A stretch of DNA of 32,000 nt from Gemmata obscuriglobus (GTDB lineage: Bacteria > Planctomycetota > Planctomycetia > Gemmatales > Gemmataceae): assembly GCF_008065095.1 (NCBI RefSeq), contig NZ_CP042911.1, positions 5,070,001-5,102,000 on the forward strand, in the 5' to 3' direction. The position numbers and the translations under genes were made by a program. The first letter of the stretch is position 1. Each line of letters begins with the position of its first letter. Below, one piece after another: positions 8,444-16,636 of this stretch. The notes beneath the pieces were generated by a model. The model had not been told where the DNA came from and did not search any database. It was given only the letters and a program-made list of their open reading frames with translations.

Positions 8444-8965
8444 CTACCCACCAAGATACGCGAGCGCCCGCGCAACGCACTCGTCCAGCGTTAGCGCCCC
8501 GGTGTCGAGGGTGAGCCGCGGCAACGTCAGCGGAACAGCGCCGGCCCGAACGCGGTCGTAAAGGTCGGGAGTGCGGTTGCCAGCCAGGTGCGCCCCAGCG
8601 GAATGGTCCGAGGCGATCCGCTCACGGGCGACGCCCGGCGCGCACACGCACTCAATCACGCGCAGCGATAAACCGGCCTGGGCGGCCAGCGAGGAGGGGG
8701 CATCAAGTTGACCGGCTTTGCTGAACGTGCGGCCGTCAAGGAAGACGGGCACCGTGGGACGTGTCTTGAGAAGGTGCGCGGCGGCCTGGTAGACCGCCGT
8801 CATTGCGATTTCATCTTGCGCGGAAGAGTAGTCCAGAACGGAGGCAGTGAACAGCGCGGCCCGGACAACATCTTTGCTGAGCACGACGCCACCGGATGCA
8901 GCGGCGAGGCGGGCGGCGAGTGTACTTTTACCACTCCCGGGCAAACCGGCCATTGCAATGAGCAT
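8444..8965 (-). CDS. P-loop kinase / AAA_33-like ATPase
   Basis: ATG at 8965 gives MLIAMAGLPGSGKSTLA, a Walker A motif directly at the N-terminus. The size of about 173 aa is typical of small predicted kinases. Confidence 0.7.
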   Translation of the reverse strand: MLIAMAGLPGSGKSTLAARLAAASGGVVLSKDVVRAALFTASVLDYSSAQDEIAMTAVYQAAAHLLKTRPTVPVFLDGRTFSKAGQLDAPSSLAAQAGLSLRVIECVCAPGVARERIASDHSAGAHLAGNRTPDLYDRVRAGAVPLTLPRLTLDTGALTLDECVARALAYLGG

Positions 8966-9033
8966 GGTGGCGTTCCCGGAAACGGCACGGCGCCGGAGTG
9001 ACACACCGGCCGCCCTTGTGTGACCAACTCGAA

Positions 9034-10722
9034 TCACCCCTGACGGTCCCGCCGGGCGCTCACCCGCCGGCCCCGGAGGCGCACGCCGTTCAGCGACTCG
9101 ATCACGTGTTCGGCAGCGTCCTCGGGCACATCCACCAGCGAGAACCGCTCCGTGATCTCGATGCTGTGGATCTCGCGCCCGGGCAGGCCGGCCTCGTTGG
9201 CGATCGCCCCCACGAGGTCGCGCGGCATGATCCCCGCCTCGCGCCCGGCGCTGATGAAGATCCGCGCGAGCCGCGGCCCCGGCCCGCGGAAGGCACCGGC
9301 CCCCCGCCGCGGGGGCAACGGGTTGTTGTCGCGTCCGTTGCGATCGCCGCGCTGGGGGACAGTCGCCACCGGAATGTCCGGACCGTCGTCGATGTCGCCG
9401 CCCCGGGCGCGGTGCGCCAGTTTGAGCGCCGCGAGAGCCACATCGGTCGGATCGAGTTCGCCCACGAGTGACCCGAACATCGCCCGGAACGCCTCCAGTT
9501 CCCCAGCGGCGACCGTTTCACGGATCGCGACCTTCGTGCGTTCCAGCCGCTTCTCGCGAAGGGTCGCGGCCGTGGGCACCTGGCCGTACTCGATCCGCTG
9601 CCCGGTGTGTCGCTCGATCGCGCGGAGGGCGCCTTGCTCCCGCGGTTCCGCGACGGTGATCGCCACGCCCTCGCGGCCGGCGCGGCCGACGCGGCCGATC
9701 CGGTGAACGTAGTTCTCGATCCCCAACGGGAGCGAAAAGTTCACCACGTGCGTGAGGTGTTCCACGTCGAGCCCGCGGGCCGCGACGTCGGTCGCCACCA
9801 GCAGGTTCGCCTGCCCGGCGCGGAACAGGCGCATCACCCGGTCGCGGGCGTCCTGCGCCATGCCGCCGTGCAGCGCCTCGGGCCGGTACCCCCGGCCCCC
9901 GAGCGCCTCCGTCAGCTCGTCCACTTCCGAGCGCGTCTTGCAGAAAATGAGCGCCGCCGCCGGGGACTCCCCGTCGAGCACCCGACCGAGCGCCGCGAGC
10001 TTGTACTGCCGCTGCACCACGTACGCGGTCTGGCGCACCTTCGGCAACTCGCCCGCGGGCACCGGGTCCCGCGTGACGTGGATCTCGGTCGCGTTCTTCA
10101 GGTGCTTGACCGCGATCGCCTTGATCCTCGGCGCCATGGTGGCGGAGAACAGGGCCGTTTGCCGCTCCGTGGGCGTGGCAGCGAGGATCGCCTCAATGTC
10201 CTCGGCGAACCCCATGTCCAGCATCTCGTCCGCTTCGTCGAGCACGACGACGGTGATGGCGTCGAGCTTCAGCGTGGTGCGGCGCATGTGGTCGAGCGCG
10301 CGGCCCGGGGTCGCGACGACCACGTCGATCCCGCGGTCCAGCGCGCGGATCTGCTGGTCCATCGGCGCGCCGCCGTAGATCGGCAGGACACGCACACCGA
10401 GCGGCTGCCCGTATTTCGCAACCGACTCGGCCACCTGCATGGCGAGTTCGCGCGTCGGCACGAGGATCAGGGAGGTGGGCTTGGTGCGTGCGGTGCTTCG
10501 TGCGAGGCCGTGCAGAATGGGCAGCGAGAACGCGGCGGTCTTGCCGGTGCCGGTGGCGGCCCGGCCAATCAAGTCGTGCCCCTCGATCAGCGGCGGAATC
10601 GCCTCCCGCTGAATGGGCGTCGGCTCCTCGTATCCCAGTCCCGTAAGCCTTTCCACGAGGCGACTGTCGAGACCCAGCTTAGCGAACCCCGACTCAGTTT
10701 CCGTCGCCATCGTTTCAACCAT
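9034..10722 (-). CDS. deaD: DEAD-box ATP-dependent RNA helicase with a DbpA-type C-terminal RNA-binding domain (DeaD/CsdA-like)
   Basis: Motifs seen: Q-motif (GYEEPTPIQ), motif I AATGTGKT, DEAD (VVLDEADEML), SAT, HRIGRVGRAG. The C-terminal RRM-like DbpA segment reads ARIFISAGREAGIMPRDLVGAI...VRLRGRRV. The start is uncertain: ATG at 10722 or 10710, with the listed ORF opening at TTG 10752. Confidence 0.9.
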   Translation of the reverse strand: MVETMATETESGFAKLGLDSRLVERLTGLGYEEPTPIQREAIPPLIEGHDLIGRAATGTGKTAAFSLPILHGLARSTARTKPTSLILVPTRELAMQVAESVAKYGQPLGVRVLPIYGGAPMDQQIRALDRGIDVVVATPGRALDHMRRTTLKLDAITVVVLDEADEMLDMGFAEDIEAILAATPTERQTALFSATMAPRIKAIAVKHLKNATEIHVTRDPVPAGELPKVRQTAYVVQRQYKLAALGRVLDGESPAAALIFCKTRSEVDELTEALGGRGYRPEALHGGMAQDARDRVMRLFRAGQANLLVATDVAARGLDVEHLTHVVNFSLPLGIENYVHRIGRVGRAGREGVAITVAEPREQGALRAIERHTGQRIEYGQVPTAATLREKRLERTKVAIRETVAAGELEAFRAMFGSLVGELDPTDVALAALKLAHRARGGDIDDGPDIPVATVPQRGDRNGRDNNPLPPRRGAGAFRGPGPRLARIFISAGREAGIMPRDLVGAIANEAGLPGREIHSIEITERFSLVDVPEDAAEHVIESLNGVRLRGRRVSARRDRQG

Positions 10723-10994
10723 GTGGATTTTCTCTGAGTACAGTTCCGTCAAAGGTAATCTCTTATTATATGGAATCTTAACGCCGAACCGAGAGCGGCG
10801 TGTGAATTCCGGGAGAGCCGCCGGAAAATGGGCGAAAAAACCGGTTGGTATTCACGCCAGCGGCGCCTTCCAGAATTAGAGGTTCACCGCGGCACAACGG
10901 TTCGCGCGGAACCGGAATGGCAGCGCCGGACCGACCGACGACACTTGCAGTCGGTCCCGGACAACTCCGGTAACCGACCGGACTCGCGACGTGT

Positions 10995-12374
10995 TCAATC
11001 TTTCTCGCCCCACACCTTCGGAGACACGAACCCTTTCGGTTTCGGTTTCGCCTTTGGCGGAACCGCCTGCTTCGCGAACCTGGCCAGCGCCTCACGCAGT
11101 TCGCTCACCTTGTCGGCGTACTTCTCGGCAAGGTTTGTTTTCTCGAACGGGTCGTCCTTCAGGTTGAACAGCTCAACACTTGCTTTGCCCGGGTTTTTCG
11201 CCGCAGCGCCGTCGGGATCGTCCGTCCCGTTCTTCACAACCAGTTTCCAGTCGCCGGCGCGAACGGCCCCGGTGTTTGGCGTCGTGTTAAGCAGAATGGC
11301 ACCGTGCGGGCTCGGTTTGCCGCCCGTCAGGACCGGCCAGATGTCGAGGCCGTCGACGGGTAGCTGCTGTTCACCCGTCGGCCCGCCGAGTTTCAGCAGC
11401 GTCGGGTACCAGTCCACCACGTGAAGCGGCTCGGTGATCGTCGTCCCCGGCCTGATGTGGCCGTCGAAGGCGGCGCACGCCGCAACGCGCACACCGCCTT
11501 CGTACAGGGTCCCCTTCCCCGCTCGGAATTTCCCGTTGCTCGTCACCACACCGGGTTGCGGACCGCCGTTATCGCTCAGAAACACGAAGAGCGTGTTCTT
11601 ACGCACGCCAGCCTTCTCGACGGCCGCCACGATCTGCCCGACCGCCTCGTCCATCGCGGCGAGCATCCCGGCGTACTTCTGTCGCTCGCCCTTCAGGTGC
11701 CCGTAGGGTTTCAGATACTCCTCCGGAACCTGGTGCGGGGCGTGAACGGCGTTGAAGGGCACGTACAGGAAAAACGGCTTCTTCCCGGCATGAGTTTGCA
11801 CGAACTGCACAGCGTCCTTCGCAACGAGGTGCGTGCTGTACCCCTCGTCGCTGTTCACCTTGTCGTCACGGTGCCAGTCAAAGCCGCCGTCACGGATGTG
11901 CGTGAAGTAGTCGAGAGCGCCGTTGTAGTGCCCGTACTGGTGATCGAACCCGCGTTTCGTGGGCAGGTACTCGGGGGCAAAATGCCCGAGGTGCCATTTG
12001 CCGATCACGGCAGTCGTGTAGCCGGCGTCCTTCAAGCCCTGCGCGACGGTACGCTCGTCGAGTGGGAGTCCGTACTGCGCCCACGGGCGAACCACCCCGA
12101 CTTGTAACCCGTGGCGCATGGGGTAGCGACCGGTCATAAACGCAGCCCGAGTCGGGCTACACACCGGCTGCGCGTAGAACGCGTCGAGGGTCGCACCGGC
12201 AGCGGCGATTTTGTCGATGTTCGGCGTTTTGATCTCTTTGCCGCCCATGAACCCGCAGTCCTCGCGGCCGAGGTCGTCGGCGAGGAGGAACACAACGCTC
12301 GGTTGCGCCGGCGCCTCGGCCCGCGCCACCGACGCGGGCGCGAGAAGGAAGAGCAAAACTGTGAATCGCCGCAT
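10995..12374 (-). CDS. Cys-type arylsulfatase (arylsulfatase B / N-acetylgalactosamine-4-sulfatase-like)
   Basis: ATG at 12374 gives the signal peptide MRRFTVLLFLLAPASVARA. The protein has LADDLGREDCGF and the formylglycine motif CSPTRAAFMTGR (C-x-P-x-R), plus GKWHLG. Confidence 0.9.
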   Translation of the reverse strand: MRRFTVLLFLLAPASVARAEAPAQPSVVFLLADDLGREDCGFMGGKEIKTPNIDKIAAAGATLDAFYAQPVCSPTRAAFMTGRYPMRHGLQVGVVRPWAQYGLPLDERTVAQGLKDAGYTTAVIGKWHLGHFAPEYLPTKRGFDHQYGHYNGALDYFTHIRDGGFDWHRDDKVNSDEGYSTHLVAKDAVQFVQTHAGKKPFFLYVPFNAVHAPHQVPEEYLKPYGHLKGERQKYAGMLAAMDEAVGQIVAAVEKAGVRKNTLFVFLSDNGGPQPGVVTSNGKFRAGKGTLYEGGVRVAACAAFDGHIRPGTTITEPLHVVDWYPTLLKLGGPTGEQQLPVDGLDIWPVLTGGKPSPHGAILLNTTPNTGAVRAGDWKLVVKNGTDDPDGAAAKNPGKASVELFNLKDDPFEKTNLAEKYADKVSELREALARFAKQAVPPKAKPKPKGFVSPKVWGEKD

Positions 12375-12561
12375 GGGGGTTCGTCCTGTGATGGGGAACT
12401 CAGCCCGGATACGTATCAAGGAGAATACCGGCGAACCATTCCGGCACGCCCGCTGCTCTCGATGAAGAAGTTTTTTGCGCCGACTTGAAAAAGCTCGTTC
12501 CGGCGCGCCAGATAGCACCACGAGCCCACAGAACGGCTCACCGACTCACGGGAACCACACG

Positions 12562-13938
12562 ATGCCCCCAGCGCCTGCCGAACTCGCTCAGCACCTCACG
12601 GCCCACGGCCAGGAGCACATCCTGCACGGATGGGATCGGCTCTCAGACGCCGAGCGAACGGTGCTGATCGAGCAGGTCACCGGCATCAATTTCGGCGCGC
12701 TCCATGACTTGTATACGGCGCACGATACGGCCCCCGCTGCGCTACCCCCTCGCAGCGCCATCGGGCCGCTGCCCGTGCTTCCCCGGGCCGCCACACCGGA
12801 GGCCCACGCGATTGGTGAAGAGGCCCTCCGTCGCGGAGAAGTCGCGGTCCTGCTGGTGGCCGGCGGACAGGGCAGCCGGCTCGGGTTCGATCAGCCGAAA
12901 GGGATGTACCCCGTCGGCCCGGTCAGCAAGGCAACGCTGTTCCAGGTCCACGCCGAAAAGGTGCTGGCGGTGTCGCGGCGGTACGGCCGGCCGGTCCCGT
13001 TCCTGGTGATGACCAGCCAGGCCACACACAGTGAAACCGAAGCGTTTTTCCGAGCCAATAACTTCTTCGGTCTTGCGCCGGAAGATGTTGTATTCTTCCG
13101 ACAGGGAACCATGCCCGCGGTCGACATTGCCACCGGAAGGCTCCTGCTGGAAGCCCCCGGCAAGCTGTTCCTGAGCCCCAACGGCCACGGCGGCACGCTC
13201 ACGGCGCTGCGCGAAACCGGCACCCTCGCACAAATGCAGGCACGTGGCATTCGGCACGTGTTCTACTTCCAGGTAGACAACCCGCTAGTCAAGGTGTGCG
13301 ACCCGGACTTCCTTGGAAACCACATACGGGCAGAATCCGAAGCCTCCTCAAAGGTCGTGTACAAGGAACAGCCCGGCGAGAAGGTCGGCATCCTGGCTGT
13401 CGTGAACGGGCGGTGCGCGATCGTCGAATATTCTGATCTGCCGGCCGAAATGGCTGCGGAGCGGACCGAAGATGGTACGCTCCGCTTCCGGGCGGGAAAC
13501 CCGGCGATCCATCTTTTCGATCTCGGGTTCTTGGAGCGAGTGACTGGGGCCGGTGGGCTGACGTACCACGTCGCCCGCAAGAAGGTACCGCACCTCGACC
13601 CGGCGACCGGCGATTACGTTTCGCCCACAAAAGAGAACGCGCTCAAGTTTGAGCTGTTCATCTTCGATGCGTTACCCATGGCCGACCGCTGGGTCGCAAT
13701 GGAAACGAGCCGCGAGGAGGAATTTGCGCCGCTCAAGAACGCCACCGGGGCTGATTCCCCCGAGACGGTTCACCGGGCGATGAGTGCTCTCCACGCCTCC
13801 TGGCTCCGTCGCGCTGGCGCCACCGTCCCAGAAGGGGCGGCAGTCGAAATTTCCCCGCTGTTCGCACTCGACCCGGAAGAGTGCGGACGGAAAATGGCAC
13901 CCGGTACGCAAGTTAGCGCATCCGCGTACTTCCGTTAG
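12562..13938 (+). CDS. UDP-N-acetylhexosamine / UDP-sugar pyrophosphorylase (UDPGP family, UAP1-like)
   Basis: ATG at 12562. VAVLLVAGGQGSRLGFDQPKGMYPVGPVSKATLFQVHAEKVL closely parallels the UAP1 signature LLAGGQGTRLG..PKGMY.VG. NGHGG and FYFQVDNPL are also present. Confidence 0.85.
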   Translation: MPPAPAELAQHLTAHGQEHILHGWDRLSDAERTVLIEQVTGINFGALHDLYTAHDTAPAALPPRSAIGPLPVLPRAATPEAHAIGEEALRRGEVAVLLVAGGQGSRLGFDQPKGMYPVGPVSKATLFQVHAEKVLAVSRRYGRPVPFLVMTSQATHSETEAFFRANNFFGLAPEDVVFFRQGTMPAVDIATGRLLLEAPGKLFLSPNGHGGTLTALRETGTLAQMQARGIRHVFYFQVDNPLVKVCDPDFLGNHIRAESEASSKVVYKEQPGEKVGILAVVNGRCAIVEYSDLPAEMAAERTEDGTLRFRAGNPAIHLFDLGFLERVTGAGGLTYHVARKKVPHLDPATGDYVSPTKENALKFELFIFDALPMADRWVAMETSREEEFAPLKNATGADSPETVHRAMSALHASWLRRAGATVPEGAAVEISPLFALDPEECGRKMAPGTQVSASAYFR

Positions 13939-14160
13939 TGACAGCGAATCGCCACCAGTGCGCAATCTTTCCTCATCGGTATTTTTTCGCCGCTGCTTCA
14001 AATGGCCACGTTGGGTGCGAACAATACGAGCAGCCACTTGCACACGGCACAAAGATGAGGGAAAGTGGAGAAACCGGGTAGCGGTGATGAATCCCCCGCG
14101 TACCCACGATACTCTTCTTTGGAACCTCACGTTTCCGCCCGATAGTCGGAGTCACCCACC

Positions 14161-15246
14161 ATGACCACGCCACGGTCGGCCCGTTTGGCCGTCTGCCTCG
14201 GCTTGCTCTTCGTTGCCGGTCTCGCGGCCGCGGCGCCTGCCGCAAACGAGAAGCCCGCCGCGAACGAGATGCCGCAATGGGACATTACGCGCACTACCCA
14301 GCCGGAAGACCTCGCCGAGCTAAAGGCGCTCCAGGCTACAGTCAAAAAGGTGGTCGATAAATGCACCCCGGCGACCGTCGCGGTGCTGTCCGGCTCGAGC
14401 GCCGGCAGCGGCGTGATCGTCAGCGAGGACGGGTTGGTGCTCACCGCGGCTCACGTGATCCGCGAGTACGCGGGGGGCGGGAAGGGACAGATGGAAGGCC
14501 GGGCGCTGCCGTTCACCGCGGGCAAGTCCATCAAAGTGATGCTGGCGGACGGAAAGCGGGTGAACGCCAAGACCCTCGGCATTAACGAGGGCTTGGACAG
14601 CGGAATGGTGCAAATCACCGACAAGGGACCGAACAACGGAAAGTGGCCGTTCCTGCCGATTGCGAAGTCGGGCAGCCTTCAAAAGGGGCTGTGGGTCGTA
14701 TCGCTGGGACACCCGAACGGCCCGAAGGACGGCCGCTCGCCTGTCGCTCGACTCGGTCGGCTCCAGGGCAGCACCAAGAACGTGCTCCGCACCGACTGCA
14801 CCCTCGTGGGCGGTGACTCTGGCGGCCCGCTGTTCGATCTCAACGGGAACGTGATCGGCATCCACAGCCGCATCGGGCTGCCGATCTCGCAAAACATCCA
14901 CGTGCAGGCCGACCAGTTCAAGAACGAGTGGGATCAGTTGGTCGCCGGCGAGTGGGTGGACAAACCCGCCAGCCTCAAGACTACTACAGCGTACCTGGGT
15001 GTAGTGTTTCCTGATGACGAGGAAGAAGACGCGTGGCTGAAGGAAGTGGAAGAGGACGGCCCGGCGGGCAAAGGGGGTCTGAAGCCCGGTGACACGATCA
15101 CCAAGTTCAACGCCACCGCCATCAAAACCGTAAAGGCGTTCCGCAAACAGATGGAATCCGTTAAGGCCGGCGACACGGTCCAGATCACGGTCCGCCGCGG
15201 CGCCGCGGTGCTGACCATGCCCGTTACCCTGGCCAAACGGGTCTGA
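14161..15246 (+). CDS. Secreted trypsin-fold (HtrA/DegP-like) serine protease with a C-terminal PDZ domain
   Basis: Signal peptide MTTPRSARLAVCLGLLFVAGLAAAAPA. The catalytic triad context is intact: LTAAHVI (His), LDSGMVQI (Asp), GGDSGGPLF (Ser). A PDZ-like segment (GLKPGDTITKFNATAIKTV...GDTVQITVRR) lies at the C-terminus. Confidence 0.85.
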   Translation: MTTPRSARLAVCLGLLFVAGLAAAAPAANEKPAANEMPQWDITRTTQPEDLAELKALQATVKKVVDKCTPATVAVLSGSSAGSGVIVSEDGLVLTAAHVIREYAGGGKGQMEGRALPFTAGKSIKVMLADGKRVNAKTLGINEGLDSGMVQITDKGPNNGKWPFLPIAKSGSLQKGLWVVSLGHPNGPKDGRSPVARLGRLQGSTKNVLRTDCTLVGGDSGGPLFDLNGNVIGIHSRIGLPISQNIHVQADQFKNEWDQLVAGEWVDKPASLKTTTAYLGVVFPDDEEEDAWLKEVEEDGPAGKGGLKPGDTITKFNATAIKTVKAFRKQMESVKAGDTVQITVRRGAAVLTMPVTLAKRV

Positions 15247-15355
15247 CCGCGACTGTACGGCTCCGCCCACACGCCCCACCCTCTCCCTGCCCCGTGGCGC
15301 TCGCGTCGCGGCTAACTCAACTACACGCTTTCACCTCACGCCGGAGCTGAGATCG

Positions 15356-16417
15356 ATGTACACGCGACTGATTGCAGCAACGCTCGCGCTGGTAGCGCTC
15401 GGCGCGCCGGCCCAGGCTCAGATCGGTAAAGACACTAAACTCCTCGGCCCGTTCAAACCGATCGTGGCCCGCGCCAGCGAGTCCACGGTCCGCATTAAGT
15501 GCGACGACAAGGACACGATCCTCGGCACGATCGTGGACGAGGCCGGGTACATCTTGACCAAGGCCAGCGAGTTGAAGGGCACCATCTGGGTGCGACTGCC
15601 GGACGGCAGCGAGTACGAGGCCGCCAAGGTCGCAGCGCACAACGACACAGACCTCGCGCTCCTGAAAGTCGACGTGAAGGGGTTGCGGCCGGTGACCTTT
15701 ACCGACACTGAAAAGTTGCCGCGCGGCAACTGGCTAGCCGCGGCCGGCCCGAACAGTGATCCCATTTCGGTGGGAATCGTCAGCGTGATGACCCGTAAGC
15801 TGACCGGGCTCGACGCCGTCGCAGCGATCCGCGACCCGAACCGAGGCGTCATGGGCGTGTACCCCGAGGACGCGACGGACGACGACGGCAAGGCGGTCGG
15901 CGCGAAACTGAGGCAGATCGAACCGACGGGTGCGGCCGCCAAGGCCGGGCTGAAAGTCGGCGATATCGTCGTCGAATTGAATGGCAAACCGGTCACGACT
16001 TCGACCACGATGCGCGACCAACTTGCGTCGCTGCGGAGTGGCGACGTGGTGACGGTTAAAGCGAAACGAAGCGAAGAAATCAAGAATTTCAAGCTGACCC
16101 TCGGGCGAGCAGAACTGGACCGCGGCGACATTCAGAACTCGATGGGGAGCACCCTTTCGAACCGCCGCACCGGGTTCCCGCAGGTGCTGCAAACGGACCT
16201 CGTGGTGGACGCTAAGGACTGCGGCGGGCCGGTGGTGGACCTGGAGGGAAACGTGCTGGGCATCAACATCGCTCGGGCGGGCCGCGTGGAAACGTGGATT
16301 CTGCCCAGTGAAGTGATCCGCCCGTTGCTGCCCGATCTGAAAGCAGGCAAGTTTGCTGTGGTGAGCACCAAGAAATTGCCCGAAGCGCCGGCGCCCCACG
16401 CCCCCAAGGGCAAGTAA
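15356..16417 (+). CDS. Trypsin-fold/PDZ protein with a substituted catalytic triad (His->Ser, Ser->Cys) and the PDZ nested inside the protease fold; probable pseudoprotease or atypical Cys protease
   Basis: ATG at 15356 with GGAG at 15343-15346, and a signal-like N-terminus. Alignment by eye to the upstream paralog gives AGYILTKASEL vs GLVLTAAHVI, DTDLALLKV for the Asp, and DAKDCGGPVV vs GGDSGGPLF (TGC codon at 16220-16222). The PDZ (about aa 160-250, GLKVGDIVVELNGKPV) sits between GIVSVMTRK and LQTD. Confidence 0.75.
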   Translation: MYTRLIAATLALVALGAPAQAQIGKDTKLLGPFKPIVARASESTVRIKCDDKDTILGTIVDEAGYILTKASELKGTIWVRLPDGSEYEAAKVAAHNDTDLALLKVDVKGLRPVTFTDTEKLPRGNWLAAAGPNSDPISVGIVSVMTRKLTGLDAVAAIRDPNRGVMGVYPEDATDDDGKAVGAKLRQIEPTGAAAKAGLKVGDIVVELNGKPVTTSTTMRDQLASLRSGDVVTVKAKRSEEIKNFKLTLGRAELDRGDIQNSMGSTLSNRRTGFPQVLQTDLVVDAKDCGGPVVDLEGNVLGINIARAGRVETWILPSEVIRPLLPDLKAGKFAVVSTKKLPEAPAPHAPKGK

Positions 16418-16464
16418 CACACGTTCGGTCAACGCACGGTTTATCATAGTAACGTTTTGAAAGC

Positions 16465-16509
16465 GGGGCGGGCGCTGGTAATCGGCCAGCGCCCGCCCCT
16501 GCCGTTTCA
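16465..16509 (+). terminator. Putative intrinsic terminator after the second protease gene
   Basis: A 14-bp GC stem, ggggcgggcgctgg (16465-16478) pairing with ccagcgcccgcccc (16486-16499), has a 7-nt loop. It is followed by tgccgtttc, a weak U tract. Confidence 0.5.
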
Positions 16510-16636
16510 CTTCAGCCGCCGAGCCGGTTTGGGGTTGAATCTCATTTTTGTGACCGCGTACCATGCTCCCCCTGCCGCGCACGCGCCTCGGGTTCGGGCA
16601 ACCTGACGCAACTGCGGCGGTCGCACGGACGCGCAT

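Noticed and set aside
6069-12374. The SUMF1-fold protein acting simply as the formylglycine-generating maturase for the Cys-type sulfatase (CSPTR motif) 4 kb away.
   Set aside because: The segment that should hold the two catalytic cysteines (CHxSYC) has none. The gene is translationally coupled to the RT. Three unrelated opposite-strand genes separate it from the sulfatase. It cannot be fully excluded without a profile alignment.
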